A stretch of DNA of 63,900 nt, counting the filler, from Reclinomonas americana ATCC 50394 (taxonomy: Eukaryota): the NCBI GenBank assembly GCA_048213135.1. It is 6 parts of 2 records of this genome, joined end to end, with 100 filler letters (N's around TTAATTAATTAA, not from the genome) between each part and the next. Parts side by side here need not be neighbours in the genome. Positions count along the whole stretch, not along the records: positions 1 to 20,914 come from PS015082.1; 5 more parts are not named here. One strand, 5' to 3'. Position 1 is the first letter of the stretch, and each line of letters begins with the position of its first letter. The notes under the pieces were generated by a model. That model was not told the DNA's origin, ran no database searches, and worked only from the letters and a program-made list of their open reading frames with translations. Shown here piece after piece: positions 1 to 13,732 of the stretch. The position numbers were made by a program, and so were the translations under genes.

Positions 1-536
1 GAAAGACAGTGTGTGCGTGAGAGAGAGGGAGAGAGAGACACACACAACAAACACAGAGAGAGGGAGAGAGAATGTGTGCGAGAGCTCTTACACAGCGTCC
101 ATCCAGCATATGAGCGACGGCTCCCACTGGCATCGTCTCCCTGTCGATCTTGGTGACTGACGAAGTCCTGCACATGCAAATGTGTGTCGTCCGCCGTCGT
201 CATGCGAACGACGTTGAAACAAACCTAGAAAGGCGAAACGCGCGCTGTGGTTGTGTTGCTTGCCTAAATGTGTGCTTGGTGGCAAGGAGTCCGCAAGCCG
301 TTGGCGCGCGCTATCATGCTTGTCCTGCAGTTCGCTGCGCTGTCACGACAACCGTGTTGTGAAGGAAGATCGATGGCTTGAGATGTGAGAGGGATGCTTT
401 GCAGTCTCGTCGCGATCGGTGAGACATTTGTCGTCGTGCACCACCGATCGCGACGTCTGCAATCGATATCGATGTCGTGATCGATATCCAAACAAGCGAT
501 TAACATTCATTATTCCTATACACCTTGCACCCTGAA

Positions 537-1551
537 CTACACATGAGCGGCCACGATGTTGGGGTACACCCGAGCGTGCCGGCCGCCGGCGCCGGTTGGC
601 GATCGCGATGAATTTGAGCGAGGTGTCGATCCGGAGGAGGCCGATGTGATCAGTTTTGAAGTGGCATTGCCACCACCACCATGGCCACCGCGACGAGGTG
701 ACGACATGACCTTGCGCGGTGAGTTGTGTCGGTGTGCGCGTGTGCCATCCCGCAGCGTCTCCTCGGTCCACAGACAGCAACCGTTGCTGGCCACCGTCGA
801 CTGGCTGCACACACTTGCAGCACATACAGCCTCTGCAAAGCTGCTCTCCGACGTTGGTGATGTGCACGTCTGCATAATGGCGCTGGTGCTGGTCCGCGGA
901 TCAAAGATGAGGCGCGTCACCGTCGGCTGGAACGACACCGTCAGCGACTCGGCGTGCGTCTCACTGGCCGACCACCCGAGGGCGGCCTTGGTGCGGAGCC
1001 TCGCGCCCTGACCGCTGTGGCCTACGGCGCCACGCACTGTGACGAGTGCGGCGAACGAAGCCTGATGAAAAAACCGACGCGAAGAGTGAGCTGCCAGCCA
1101 ATAGTAACAACAACACGAATGTGCGGCAAGCCTCACTTACCAAGTCTTCGGCATCACCAGCGTCGGCATCCTCGTCTTCCTCGTCGTCGGCTCCGCCTCG
1201 TGCCCACAGCTCCTTGCGGAAGCGGGTGCCAGAAGAGTAGCGCTGTAGACCGCTGCCGCCAACGGAGCCCGTTTCCAGCTGCAGATCGCCCTTGACGCAC
1301 GCTAATCTCGATCGTGGCGTGTGGCCGCCGCTGCTGCTCTCGACGCGTCGGTGCACTGGTGACTGGTCGGCGTCATCCGTTGGTCTCACATCCTGTGCGG
1401 CGGTCGTGGTGGCGGTGGCGACGGCGGTGGTGGTGGCCGACGATGCCGTGTGCCGCTTGGTGGCCATCGTCATGGGCGGCAACTTGATTCGATTGACGGT
1501 GCTGACGCCGATCTGCGTGCGCACAGAGTTCATGCTTCCACAGGCGCCCAT
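537..1551 (-). CDS. Orphan MGxCxS-family protein, copy 1 (2 exons, intron ~1062-1140)
   Basis: Starts MGACGS. GTAAGT donor at 1140 and CAG acceptor at ~1062 join in frame. Contains TVSFQPTVTRLIFD, DGTRAHRHNS and RHARVYP, shared with the two neighbouring paralogs. Confidence 0.65.
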
Positions 1552-2145
1552 GTGTCGTCGAGGAGAAGTGGTGTACACTCGGAAACAGAAAAAAACGCGT
1601 TGTCCGACACTGCAGTTGCAAGACAAGCGTGATCTGTGCCCGCGGGGCTACGCTAACTCCTGACGCAGAATATGACTTTTCTGGGGGCAGAATCTACAGC
1701 GTAGTCACGCTGCATCTGCGAGCGGCGTGTGCGGGAGACGGCTCTTGAGCGATCCCTGAAGATCATCACGTGTGGCACCGTTTGCGGACGCCGGTGGTGA
1801 AAAGAAATGGATTGTCACATGTGTGCGTTGAAATTTGTTGTTTTTAGCGTCAGAGCAGCGATCCGATTCATACCGATGATACACCATGCGGAGATACGGG
1901 TCACAAAACAGCTGAGCCTGTAAATTGGTTCTGATCATACCCAACGGCAACGAATCCAGCTGCGTGAATTTGAGCCTCAATGCACACACAGCTGCAGCAG
2001 CTGGAACTGTTTGCGCAGCCAAACTGCTGTTTGCAATTGCGACGTCGATCGCGACCAAAAAGACCAGAATTCGCTAAGAAGGCGACATATCGACAAACAA
2101 CTAACAGCGTGCGCGCGCTTGATGGGCGTGCCCCACCGTACCTAA

Positions 2146-2315
2146 AAACATCAACACAGACACGAGTCTTGAGGCAGCAGCAGGTTCCTTGTGTGTGTGT
2201 ATTCGCTACCAACAAACAAGCAACAGCTGTCTTGATGACCAAGTTCAACCGTATCCAAAACATCAACACAGACACCAATCTTGAGGCAGCAGCAGGTTCC
2301 TTGTGTGTGTGTGTG
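2146..2315. repeat. Direct repeat, 2 copies ~111 bp apart
   Basis: aaaacatcaacacagacac...tcttgaggcagcagcaggttccttgtgtgtgtgt occurs at ~2146 and ~2257. Confidence 0.8.
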
Positions 2316-3050
2316 TTGTTCACCGCGCGCAGCGCTGCGCAGCTTGGCTGAACAACTACTGCGAATTTGACGCACTCGCTTAGACGCGCCGTCGTACACA
2401 GTACATCCAACCTTTGGTAGACTGCTAAAGCTGCTGTGGGTTCGGGTCCGTGATGCTTGAAATCGAACGCAATTGCATGGAAACTTCTAGATCTGCAGAT
2501 ATCGGCATCTGTTGTTTTGGCGGCTGGCAGCCTTCTCTCTATCTTTCTGTGCCTGCAACTGCGCGTGTGCGAGAGTGAAGCGTTTGTAGTGAATCATTCG
2601 CAGTCCACCTGACCTTTTTTCGCTCATTACGAACATCAAAGTTTCTGTTGTCTACGTCCGGATCCAGTCCGCGCAAGCAGCGGTATATGCTCCCTCCCTG
2701 TGTGTTGTGGTAACATAGTATCGCAATGCAGTTTATCTTNNNNNNNNNNNNNNNNNNNNNNNNNNNNNNNNNNNNNNNNNNNNNNNNNNNNNNNNNNNNN
2801 NNNNNNNNNNNNNNNNNNNNNNNNNNNNNNNNNNNNNNNNNNNNNNNNNNNNNNNNNNNNNNNNNNNNNNNNNNNNNNNNNNNNNNNNNNNNNNNNNNNN
2901 NNNNNNNNNNNNNNNNNNNNNNNNNNNNNNNNNNNNNNNNNNNNNNNNNNNNNNNNNNNNNNNNNNNNNNNNNNNNNNNNNNNNNNNNNNNATGTCTGCA
3001 ACACAAGAAGATGTTCTCTGAATGTGTGCGGGTGTGCATGCACCGCGCGC

Positions 3051-4517
3051 TTACGCGGCGCCAGAAAGCTGGCGACCAGCGGTGCCAGCGGCAAAAACAC
3101 GGCCGTGCCGAGCGGCAGCCGACGGAGAACCCGCGGCGGCACCGACGGCAGCGTTGGCACGTTTCGGCGATCCCGTCGTCGGCGAGCCAGCCTCATCCGC
3201 ATCCGCGGTCGCCGCCGCCGCTGCTTGAGCGGAAACATTGCCGCGAGGCGAGTGATGACGGCGCGTTGGAAGATCGCCGTTCAATGCCGCCGAGCAGCGT
3301 GTGACATTGTTGCTGTCGGACTCGGGCGACTCCAGTGCCCGTGAGATGCTCCACGACGTGATCTTGTTGTCGAACACCAACTTGGCCACGGTGGGCTGGA
3401 ACGAGATCGCGCGTGTGCGCGGAGCCTTCTGCCCATCAGCTGCTGGCTTGTCACCGACTTCGCTCTTGCACTCNNNNNNNNNNNNNNNNNNNNNNNNNNN
3501 NNNNNNNNNNNNNNNNNNNNNNNNNNNNNNNNNNNNNNNNNNNNNNNNNNNNNNNNNNNNNNNNNNNNNNNNNNNNNNNNNNNNNNNNNNNNNNNNNNNN
3601 NNNNNNNNNNNNNNNNNNNNNNNNNNNNNNNNNNNNNNNNNNNNNNNNNNNNNNNNNNNNNNNNNNNNNNNNNNNNNNNNNNNNNNNNNNNNNNNNNNNN
3701 NNNNNNNNNNNNNNNNNNNNNNNNNNNNNNNNNNNNNNNNNNNNNNNNNNNNNNNNNNNNNNNNNNNNNNNNNNNNNNNNNNNNNNNNNNNNNNNNNNNN
3801 NNNNNNNNNNNNNNNNNNNNNNNNNNNNNNNNNNNNNNNNNNNNNNNNNNNNNNNNNNNNNNNNNNNNNNNNNNNNNNNNNNNNNNNNNNNNNNNNNNNN
3901 NNNNNNNNNNNNNNNNNNNNNNNNNNNNNNNNNNNNNNNNNNNNNNNNNNNNNNNNNNNNNNNNNNNNNNNNNNNNNNNNNNNNNNNNNNNNNNNNNNNN
4001 NNNNNNNNNNNNNNNNNNNNNNNNNNNNNNNNNNNNNNNNNNNNNNCCCTTCGATCTCCGGTGCGTCGGCTTCAGCGGCCGCTGCCACTGAAGTGGGAAG
4101 CTCAGGCGCGGTTCCACTCTTGCGAAGGGGTGGATGTGACGACGAAGCAGTCTGTGCGCACTGTCAACACACACGCACACAGCACCATCACTTGCGCATG
4201 CTCCTCCTCCTCTCACGGCACTCACCTTGTTTGCTGAGGGCGCCGGTACCGGCGGCTTGACGACAACTGCGCTTCCTCATGTGAGTGAACGGCGTGAGTG
4301 ACAGTGTGTGTGTGTGTCTGCCTGTGCGTCACCCACCTGCTGCTGTTGGCCCTATTGGTGGGATCCGTGGTGGTATTCTCTGAGGGCCTGTGGTGGTGGT
4401 GGGGGCCGCTGACCCTGGGCGGATGCAGCTGCGTGTGGGCACGCGTGTTCTGAACGGTTTGCGAGTGACCAGCTCAGCAATGTCGCGCCTCCTCTTGATA
4501 CTCGCGCAGCTGCCCAT
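3051..4517 (-). CDS. Orphan MGxCxS-family protein, copy 2 (gapped)
   Basis: Starts MGSCAS. After the N gap it reads RTRAISFQPTVAKLVFDNKITSWSISRALESP...RHGRVF. Confidence 0.6.
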
Positions 4518-4664
4518 CACTGCGGTGTGTATGGTGTGTGTATGTTCTCTGTTTGAGTGGCTGTGCGTTTGTGAGTGTTTTTTCGCCGTGTATGACTCTT
4601 CTCGGCACAAAAACAAACTGAAGATTTAAAACGGGACACGAAGGCTCGCAAACGGACGGCGGGT

Positions 4665-5788
4665 TTACATTGTGGCAATGCGCGTCGCTTGTCCGGGATA
4701 TATTCGTGCATGGCGACCGGCTCCGAGAGCACTTGGTGAACTGCCCAGACCACTTCCTCGGCGAGTTGCTGGCGATCGGGGAGAGCCGTCATTGGCGGCG
4801 CCTCCAAACGAACTTGAGCAGTGCCCATGCGTTGCTGGATGCCAGTTGCAGCTGTCGCCACCTCGAGCAACTGGCCGTCTCGACATTGGCGACCCCGTTG
4901 CATACACCTGGTCGATCAACTGCTCGTGCGACTGCAGCGAGAGGCTGTTGCGGTGCATGGGCGTGCCGTCCAGCTGCAACATCTCCTCGCTGCAGACGAC
5001 CCCCAGTCCACTGCCGGCCTCCGACACGGGTGAGTCGCGTGCCTTGGAGATGCTGCACGTGCTGCCTCGCGAGTCGAACACCAGTCGCGCCACCAGTGGC
5101 TGGAACGAGACCGATCGCGAAATCGATCGAGGCGCACCGGCAATGGCGCCGACGACCGCCATTGCGCTGTTCATCTTGCCGATCGGAATGCCGTCCGTCT
5201 CCGTTGACGTCGCTTGCTGAGCCAGTGGTGGTGCTCTGTCGCTCGCATCGCCGGTGGGTCGCCGACTGCCACGGCGACGACCACCACGAGCACTGGATGC
5301 CAAATCAGAATTCGAAACTTCTGTTGCACGCGCCTGGTCTTTCGGAACCACCACGGCGGCGTCCTTTGCCAGCGCGGCCGTTTACGTTGTGAGCAAGCCC
5401 GTGCATAAGTACATACAGCGACAGGCACGTACACACACAAGCGTACCTCTGCGATCGTGGTTACTGGATGTGGATCAATACTTTGACGATTGCAATGATT
5501 CTCGAGCGCGGCGGACGCTCGAGGTGACAAAACGGCCGAACGCCTTTCGCCCTCCTCATCGCGATCGCCTCTTCTTCCGTCCTCCACCGATCCCCCACCA
5601 CCTCCCTCACCAGCGGCAACAGGGGCAAGATACGTCGACACACGACGATGTTCGGAAACATCTGCGCAACCCGGCGCCGACGACAACTCCGCAGTTGGCT
5701 CGGGTGGAGCGCACCTCACACGACTCATCGCCCCACTCGCACTCCTGCGCACCGCCTGCAGCGGGTGCACACTCGCACATCCTCCCAT
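4665..5788 (-). CDS. Orphan MGxCxS-family protein, copy 3
   Basis: Starts MGGCAS, with an intron at ~5365-5446. Contains RSVSFQPLVARLVFDSRGSTCSISKARDSP, DGTPMHRNS and RHARIYP. Confidence 0.65.
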
Positions 5789-5901
5789 CTTCTCTTTCTC
5801 CGCAGTGAAGTGATCTTTTCTCGCCTGATCGCTGCGAATTCAAAGAGTTGTGTGACTCAACGCATTATTGTCTCTCTCTCTCTTGTTCACGCACAAAAAA
5901 C

Positions 5902-7753
<1,852 letters not shown>

Positions 7754-7801
7754 TACAACACCGCAAGACATTGTACGATTGTGTACTACTACTCACACGT
7801 C

Positions 7802-10800
7802 TCATCTCTCGCCCATTCCACCACCATTGCCGGCACCGTTACCGCCACCACCGCCACCGAGGAACGAACCGAACACCTTGGAGGCCCAGCCAGACGGCGA
7901 GCTTGCACTGTTGGGCGAGGGTGCGGCCAGGTCGCCACCATCGCCACCGGCACCGTTGCGTGGTGACTTGTTGGGAGATGAGGGAGCCGCTACAACGCAT
8001 TCCGACAAGTCGAGAAAGGAAGCATGTCAGCACTCGCGCTCACTCACATCTGCGATGAGGAGGCGCCACTCACACTTCTTGCGACCGGTCAGCATGCCTC
8101 CCAACAGGCTGCCCAGCTGGCCAAGAGCGCCGGACTGCTGGCGTCCATCGTTTGACGACTGCACCGCAATAGTCAGCACGACATGCAGAGCAGAGACAGC
8201 GAGTGCTGCCGGATGACGCACATCGACGCGAACAGAGGGTGCACTCGACATAGATGAGGCCGCGGCCGCAGCGGCAGCTGCAGCCTTGCTCGCCTGCTGT
8301 TGCTGCTCCTTTTGCTTCGACGGCAGCGAGGCCGGCAAGTATGCCAGCTTGGAGGGTGTGGCAGAGAGGAAGTGCAGCGCAGCCGTCTCCCACGCTGCGT
8401 TGTAGCCACTGCGAGAGTGGCGTCAGATCAAGACAGCCACGGAAGCTGTTGCGACAGCACGTACCCCAGTTCCGCAAACGACTCGACACCCAACGATTCC
8501 TGGAAGCAAAGCGAGCCAAACAGGAGACGAGTCCGGCTGACACACTTGCTGACCTCGGCGGGCAAGTGCGCCGAAATCAGCGCCCAGTTGATCGGATCCA
8601 TCTGTCATCAACGTCAGTCGCGACTCACATGAGCATGCAGACACATGCAGACACACTGACGCACCAGCTCTTCCAGTCTTGTCAGGAGCGCCACTGAGTC
8701 GACGGCGTCATCGGCACCGGCAGGAAGCGCCAACGCCAAGAAGGAGACGTCGAACCACATTTGCAACGCCAAATCTTCGCCATGCGCGGCTGACAATCGG
8801 CTGCCGCTGCCTGCGTCACCATCGCCACCTGCCAGCACGCACAGAGTGAGTCATTGTTCCTGTGAGACAACAGTGGTGGCAGTTTCCGTACCTCCCGACT
8901 GCAGGCTTGCTACCACGGCCTCCACCGCACGCGACAAACAGGACAAGCTCTCGCGCCGCACGCCTGCGCGCACACGGAGCAGGGCACTCTACGGTGTCCG
9001 GCAAGAGAACGCGGATGAGAAACCCCAAATCAATTCACCTCAAAGTAACAGCACAAAATGCACCTTGGGCAACGACGACGGTCCCACGCCGTGTAATCTC
9101 TCCACACAGCGCGCCAGCAGCGTATACACAAACTCGGAGGCTTGGCCTGGCAAGAAGAGCACTTCGGCAGTGTCGCCTGCCTCACCACCGATGCGGATGG
9201 CTGACACGACACAATCGCGGATGAGAAGAACATGACAGCTCTCCCTCTCCTTCTCTCCCTCTCCCTTTCCCGCTGCCCCCTCACCGGTCCACCACTGTCT
9301 CGCAAGGACGAGACGTGCGTATTGCGAAACACTGAACGCGTCACAGTCGGCTCGGAGTGCCACCAAATAGGAACGCTGCAGCCACTCGTCAAACGCCACA
9401 GAAGACACTTGTGCGAAGCGATTCTCCAGCGCGTCAATCTGCTGTCGCAGCGCGGCGCCGACACTCGCATCATCTGCACAACACCAGTGAGCTGCACACA
9501 ACGAGGCACGAGATTAACACTATTCATCGACCACGCACCACGTCCCGACGCTCTGCCGGCAGAGTACAACAGGGAGACAAACACGGGGGAGAACGACTCC
9601 CACATGGTGTGCGACAACTGGGCCACGAACAAGCAAATGCCAACATTGCCTGTCCTCGGGTGTCAGTGCCATCAGCAAGGGATATTCTACCCCCTTTCAC
9701 ATACACACACCTGATTTCACCACTCGCTCGGCACAAGTGGCCAACTCAGAGTGTGCTTCGTGGATGGATGACAGGACGCAGGTGTGGATGTGCGAAAAGA
9801 GCTCACCGAGCTCTGCATGATCACTCGGTCGGGCAATCAACCTGCACCGCATTTTTTCGTGAGGTTTCAGCGACGCTGCGCACACACAAATAATGCACGC
9901 ACCGTTGCAGCGCAAGCCACGAATCACCCTGTGTGCGCTCACCACCAGCGCGATGAGCACCACCACCTCCGCCGCCACCACCACCACCACCGACAGCGAA
10001 TCCGGGTGGTGACGAGCTCGGCGAGAACACATCTGCTGAGCGCATCAGCTGTCGCAGAGTCCGTGTGAACTTCTGGGCAATGTCCCACACGAGTCGATCC
10101 ACGCAAGGGAGCTGCAGGTGTGGTAAATATTTTTAGTAGGGCGACCTCGACATGACGGAGGTCGCTGGCAGACAAAACGCAACATGATTTGCTTGCTTTA
10201 GTGTTCGATATTGTTCTTGCGACGAGCTGCGCGGTTGCTGCTGCAGCACCTCCACACACTGCGCCTCGAGTTCGCGAAAGGCCACCAGCGGCGCTTGCCA
10301 GAGTTCTGCGTATCGGGAGCATCACTGATCAGCAACCAAGTGTTGCTAGTTGCACATCTCCAACGCTGCGCACCGCGATTCAGCTCCAAGTCACGTCCCT
10401 TGGCAGCACGCTGCGATGCCGCGGTAACCGCGCTGGCCAGACTGCTGTGAATGGAGAGGGAATCGAAGAGGCTCGACACTAGCTGCTCGCCGTGCTGCAC
10501 AAACACCGGCACCAATGTTTGCTGCCACACAGCTTCTCGCGCGTCCGAGTCGGTGAGTGCCGAAAACATCTGCATGGAGGCGACAAGTCAGCTCTCCATC
10601 CATGAATCCATGAACCTTAATGCTTACCTCCGCCAGACGATGTGCGCTGACCGCATCCAGAAACACAGACCGATCGACGTTGATCTCGCCCGAAACCTTG
10701 CGTGATAGCCGCCAACTGTGCCCGCAGTCAACCTCCTCATGTACATATACAAATACGCCCCCACCACCACAAACACACAAACGCACCTGGGCGATCCCAT

Positions 10801-12952
10801 GCCCGCATCCAGGCCATCGGCGGAGCGACCAAAGAGACCATGGCAACACAGTGTTTTGCAGGCCTCAAATACCCGCACCAAATCCTCACCCGTCTCCAGC
10901 CGTTGCACCAGCACACGCAGCTCTTGCGTCATGCGTGGCAGTGCCTGTTCGAGCATGTGAGAAGCACGACGTCACACCGATTGAACCACAAACACACATG
11001 CTCACACACACACCTCCTTGGTCCACCACTCACGGAATCTGGCAGTCACAGCGGCCGGCGTCATGGCCGAGAGCGACGACAAACGAGCGAGGAATCGATC
11101 ATGCAGTGCGTCGTCCAGCTCTCTCGTGGCATCTGCAACACAAGTGGATTAGCAATCACGCTAGAGCGGGGCCTGGCAACAGCACTGTCGACGCACCACT
11201 CTCGCCGAGAGCCGTCAGCATCACGTGGAACAAGCTGCCGGTCGAGGAACTGCCGCGGCGAGGAGGAGAGCATGCTCATGTGAGCAACATAACAACTGCA
11301 TTTACGTGGTGAGTGCGTCGCAACTCTGGCAGTCCACCTCGCGACGACGAGCTCGTGCGGTCGTCAGTCACATTCGCACTCTCCACTGCCGACCGCAGCT
11401 GCAGCAAATCTTCGCGAAGCACACAGATGCACATGTGTTCGAGGTCGCGATCACCTCCCATCCCAGCCCCCGTCCCTACGGCAGTGATGACTGTGTACAC
11501 GGGTGAGCTGCGTCAATCTGCTGCCCCTCTTCTCCAAAACACACAGTGCACCTGCACGAGTGGCCGGCACTCCGCGCATCCACGTACTGAGGCGAATGGC
11601 TGCCGATTTCGCAATGTCATCCGCGTCGGCACCGCTGTCGGTTCCCGGNNNNNNNNNNNNNNNNNNNNNNNNNNNNNNNNNNNNNNNNNNNNNNNNNNNN
11701 NNNNNNNNNNNNNNNNNNNNNNNNNNNNNNNNNNNNNNNNNNNNNNNNNNNNNNNNNNNNNNNNNNNNNNNNNNNNNNNNNNNNNNNNNNNNNNNNNNNN
11801 NNNNNNNNNNNNNNNNNNNNNNNNNNNNNNNNNNNNNNNNNNNNNNNNNNNNNNNNNNNNNNNNNNNNNNNNNNNNNNNNNNNNNNNNNNNNNNNNNNNN
11901 NNNNNNNNNNNNNNNNNNNNNNNNNNNNNNNNNNNNNNNNNNNNNNNNNNNNNNNNNNNNNNNNNNNNNNNNNNNNNNNNNNNNNNNNNNNNNNNNNNNN
12001 NNNNNNNNNNNNNNNNNNNNNNNNNNNNNNNNNNNNNNNNNNNNNNNNNNNNNNNNNNNNNNNNNNNNNNNNNNNNNNNNNNNNNNNNNNNNNNNNNNNN
12101 NNNNNNNNNNNNNNNNNNNNNNNNNNNNNNNNNNNNNNNNNNNNNNNNNNNNNNNNNNNNNNNNNNNNNNNNNNNNNNNNNNNNNNNNNNNNNNNNNNNN
12201 NNNNNNNNNNNNNNNNNNNNNNNNNNNNNNNNNNNNNNNNNNNNNNNNNNNNNNNNNNNNNNNNNNNNNNNNNNNNNNNNNNNNNNNNNNNNNNNNNNNN
12301 NNNNNNNNNNNNNNNNNNNNNNNNNNNNNNNNNNNNNNNNNNNNNNNNNNNNNNNNNNNNNNNNNNNNNNNNNNNNNNNNNNNNNNNNNNNNNNNNNNNN
12401 NNNNNNNNNNNNNNNNNNNNNNNNNNNNNNNNNNNNNNNNNNNNNNNNNNNNNNNNNNNNNNNNNNNNNNNNNNNNNNNNNNNNNNNNNNNNNNNNNNNN
12501 NNNNNNNNNNNNNNNNNNNNNNNNNNNNNNNNNNNNNNNNNNNNNNNNNNNNNNNNNNNNNNNNNNNNNNNNNNNNNNNNNNNNNNNNNNNNNNNTGATG
12601 AACCGTTACCACAAAAGCACGGATGAGAAGCACTCACTCACCGCACAAGAACGCGCAAGTCCTCTTGCTTTCGCACCGCATCGTTCCTGTGCATTCATAT
12701 CGAGTTTGAACGGATTTGCACTCATCCTCATCGCCACTGTCAGCAGCATCACATACACACACACCTGAGCTTCTGCACGATCTCCTTGACTTGGTCAATG
12801 GAGTGTGTCTGTGCACGTGAGAGAGAGCGCGCGCAAGTCAGTGAATGCATGCACTGACACGTGTGCATCTCTCCTCTGCTTCTCTCTCTCACACACACAA
12901 CACACACCTGGAAGAGCCGGTTGACATCGGCCTCACCAATAGCACCCGCCAT
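7802..12952 (-). CDS. COG1: Conserved oligomeric Golgi complex subunit 1 (gapped, multi-exon)
   Basis: Spliced N-terminus ADVNRLFQTHSIDQVKEIVQKLRNDAVRKQEDLRVLV is Vps51/COG1-like. LPGQASEFVYTLLARCVERLHGVGPSSLPK, ALQMWFDVSFL and IDPINW...RTRLLFG match COG1 C-terminal motifs as I recall them. Confidence 0.75.
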
Positions 12953-13138
12953 GTGCCCCTCTCACAGTCACACGCAAAGAAGAACACGTCACAGTGCAAA
13001 TTGTCTCTCGACCATCACTTCGTCGTCACACTCTCAGCATGCACACACACACTCACCACAGACCAAGAAGGCTTGCCTTCTCCCTCACACCCCCTCTCCT
13101 CCTCGTCTTCATCCTCTCCTGCACACACACATTAGCTC

Positions 13139-13674
13139 ATGTCAGTGACCTCATCGACGACAACGAGCTGCGTCGCGCACAGTTTGGCGACACGGCCGCC
13201 GCCGCCACGTCGACATCGACCTCCGTGCCGGCGACACCAACAGGCGCAGTGACTCTGGGCTCGATTGTTCGATTTGCATTGCAGCTCTTGTTCCGCGCGT
13301 CGACCTTGCTGCTGCCCGCGCTCTTCTTTGCATTCTCGGCGGGAAAGCTGTCGCGACGATGGAGATACCCCACGACTTCACTGTTACGCGACCACCAACA
13401 ATGTCTTGGAGCAAGAGGGTGCAAGTTGTCTCACACATACAGGTGGCATGCGCGCAGAGTGACGGCGTTGTTTGTGGGATCGTGGTTCTGGCACGAGGTG
13501 CACGTGGTGACAAGTGTGTTGCTGCTGCTGTTGGCCTTTGTGCTGATCTTCATCTCGGTGTCGGTGTGTCGGCGAACGGGGCGGTGGGAGGTGCGACTCA
13601 TGGTGTTTGTGCCGATGCTGTCGATTCTCTTTTGCGTTGTGTTCTTCCTCATTGGGCCGGCGGCGGCGCAATGA
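13139..13674 (+). CDS. Small multi-pass membrane protein of unknown function (start uncertain)
   Basis: ORF with 3 hydrophobic stretches ending ...LFCVVFFLIGPAAAQ*; divergent from COG1. Confidence 0.3.
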
Positions 13675-13732
13675 TGGCAGCAAGCGCGCTGTGTGTCGTC
13701 GTCCTTTCCCTTTTCCTCCTTCCTCCTCCTTG

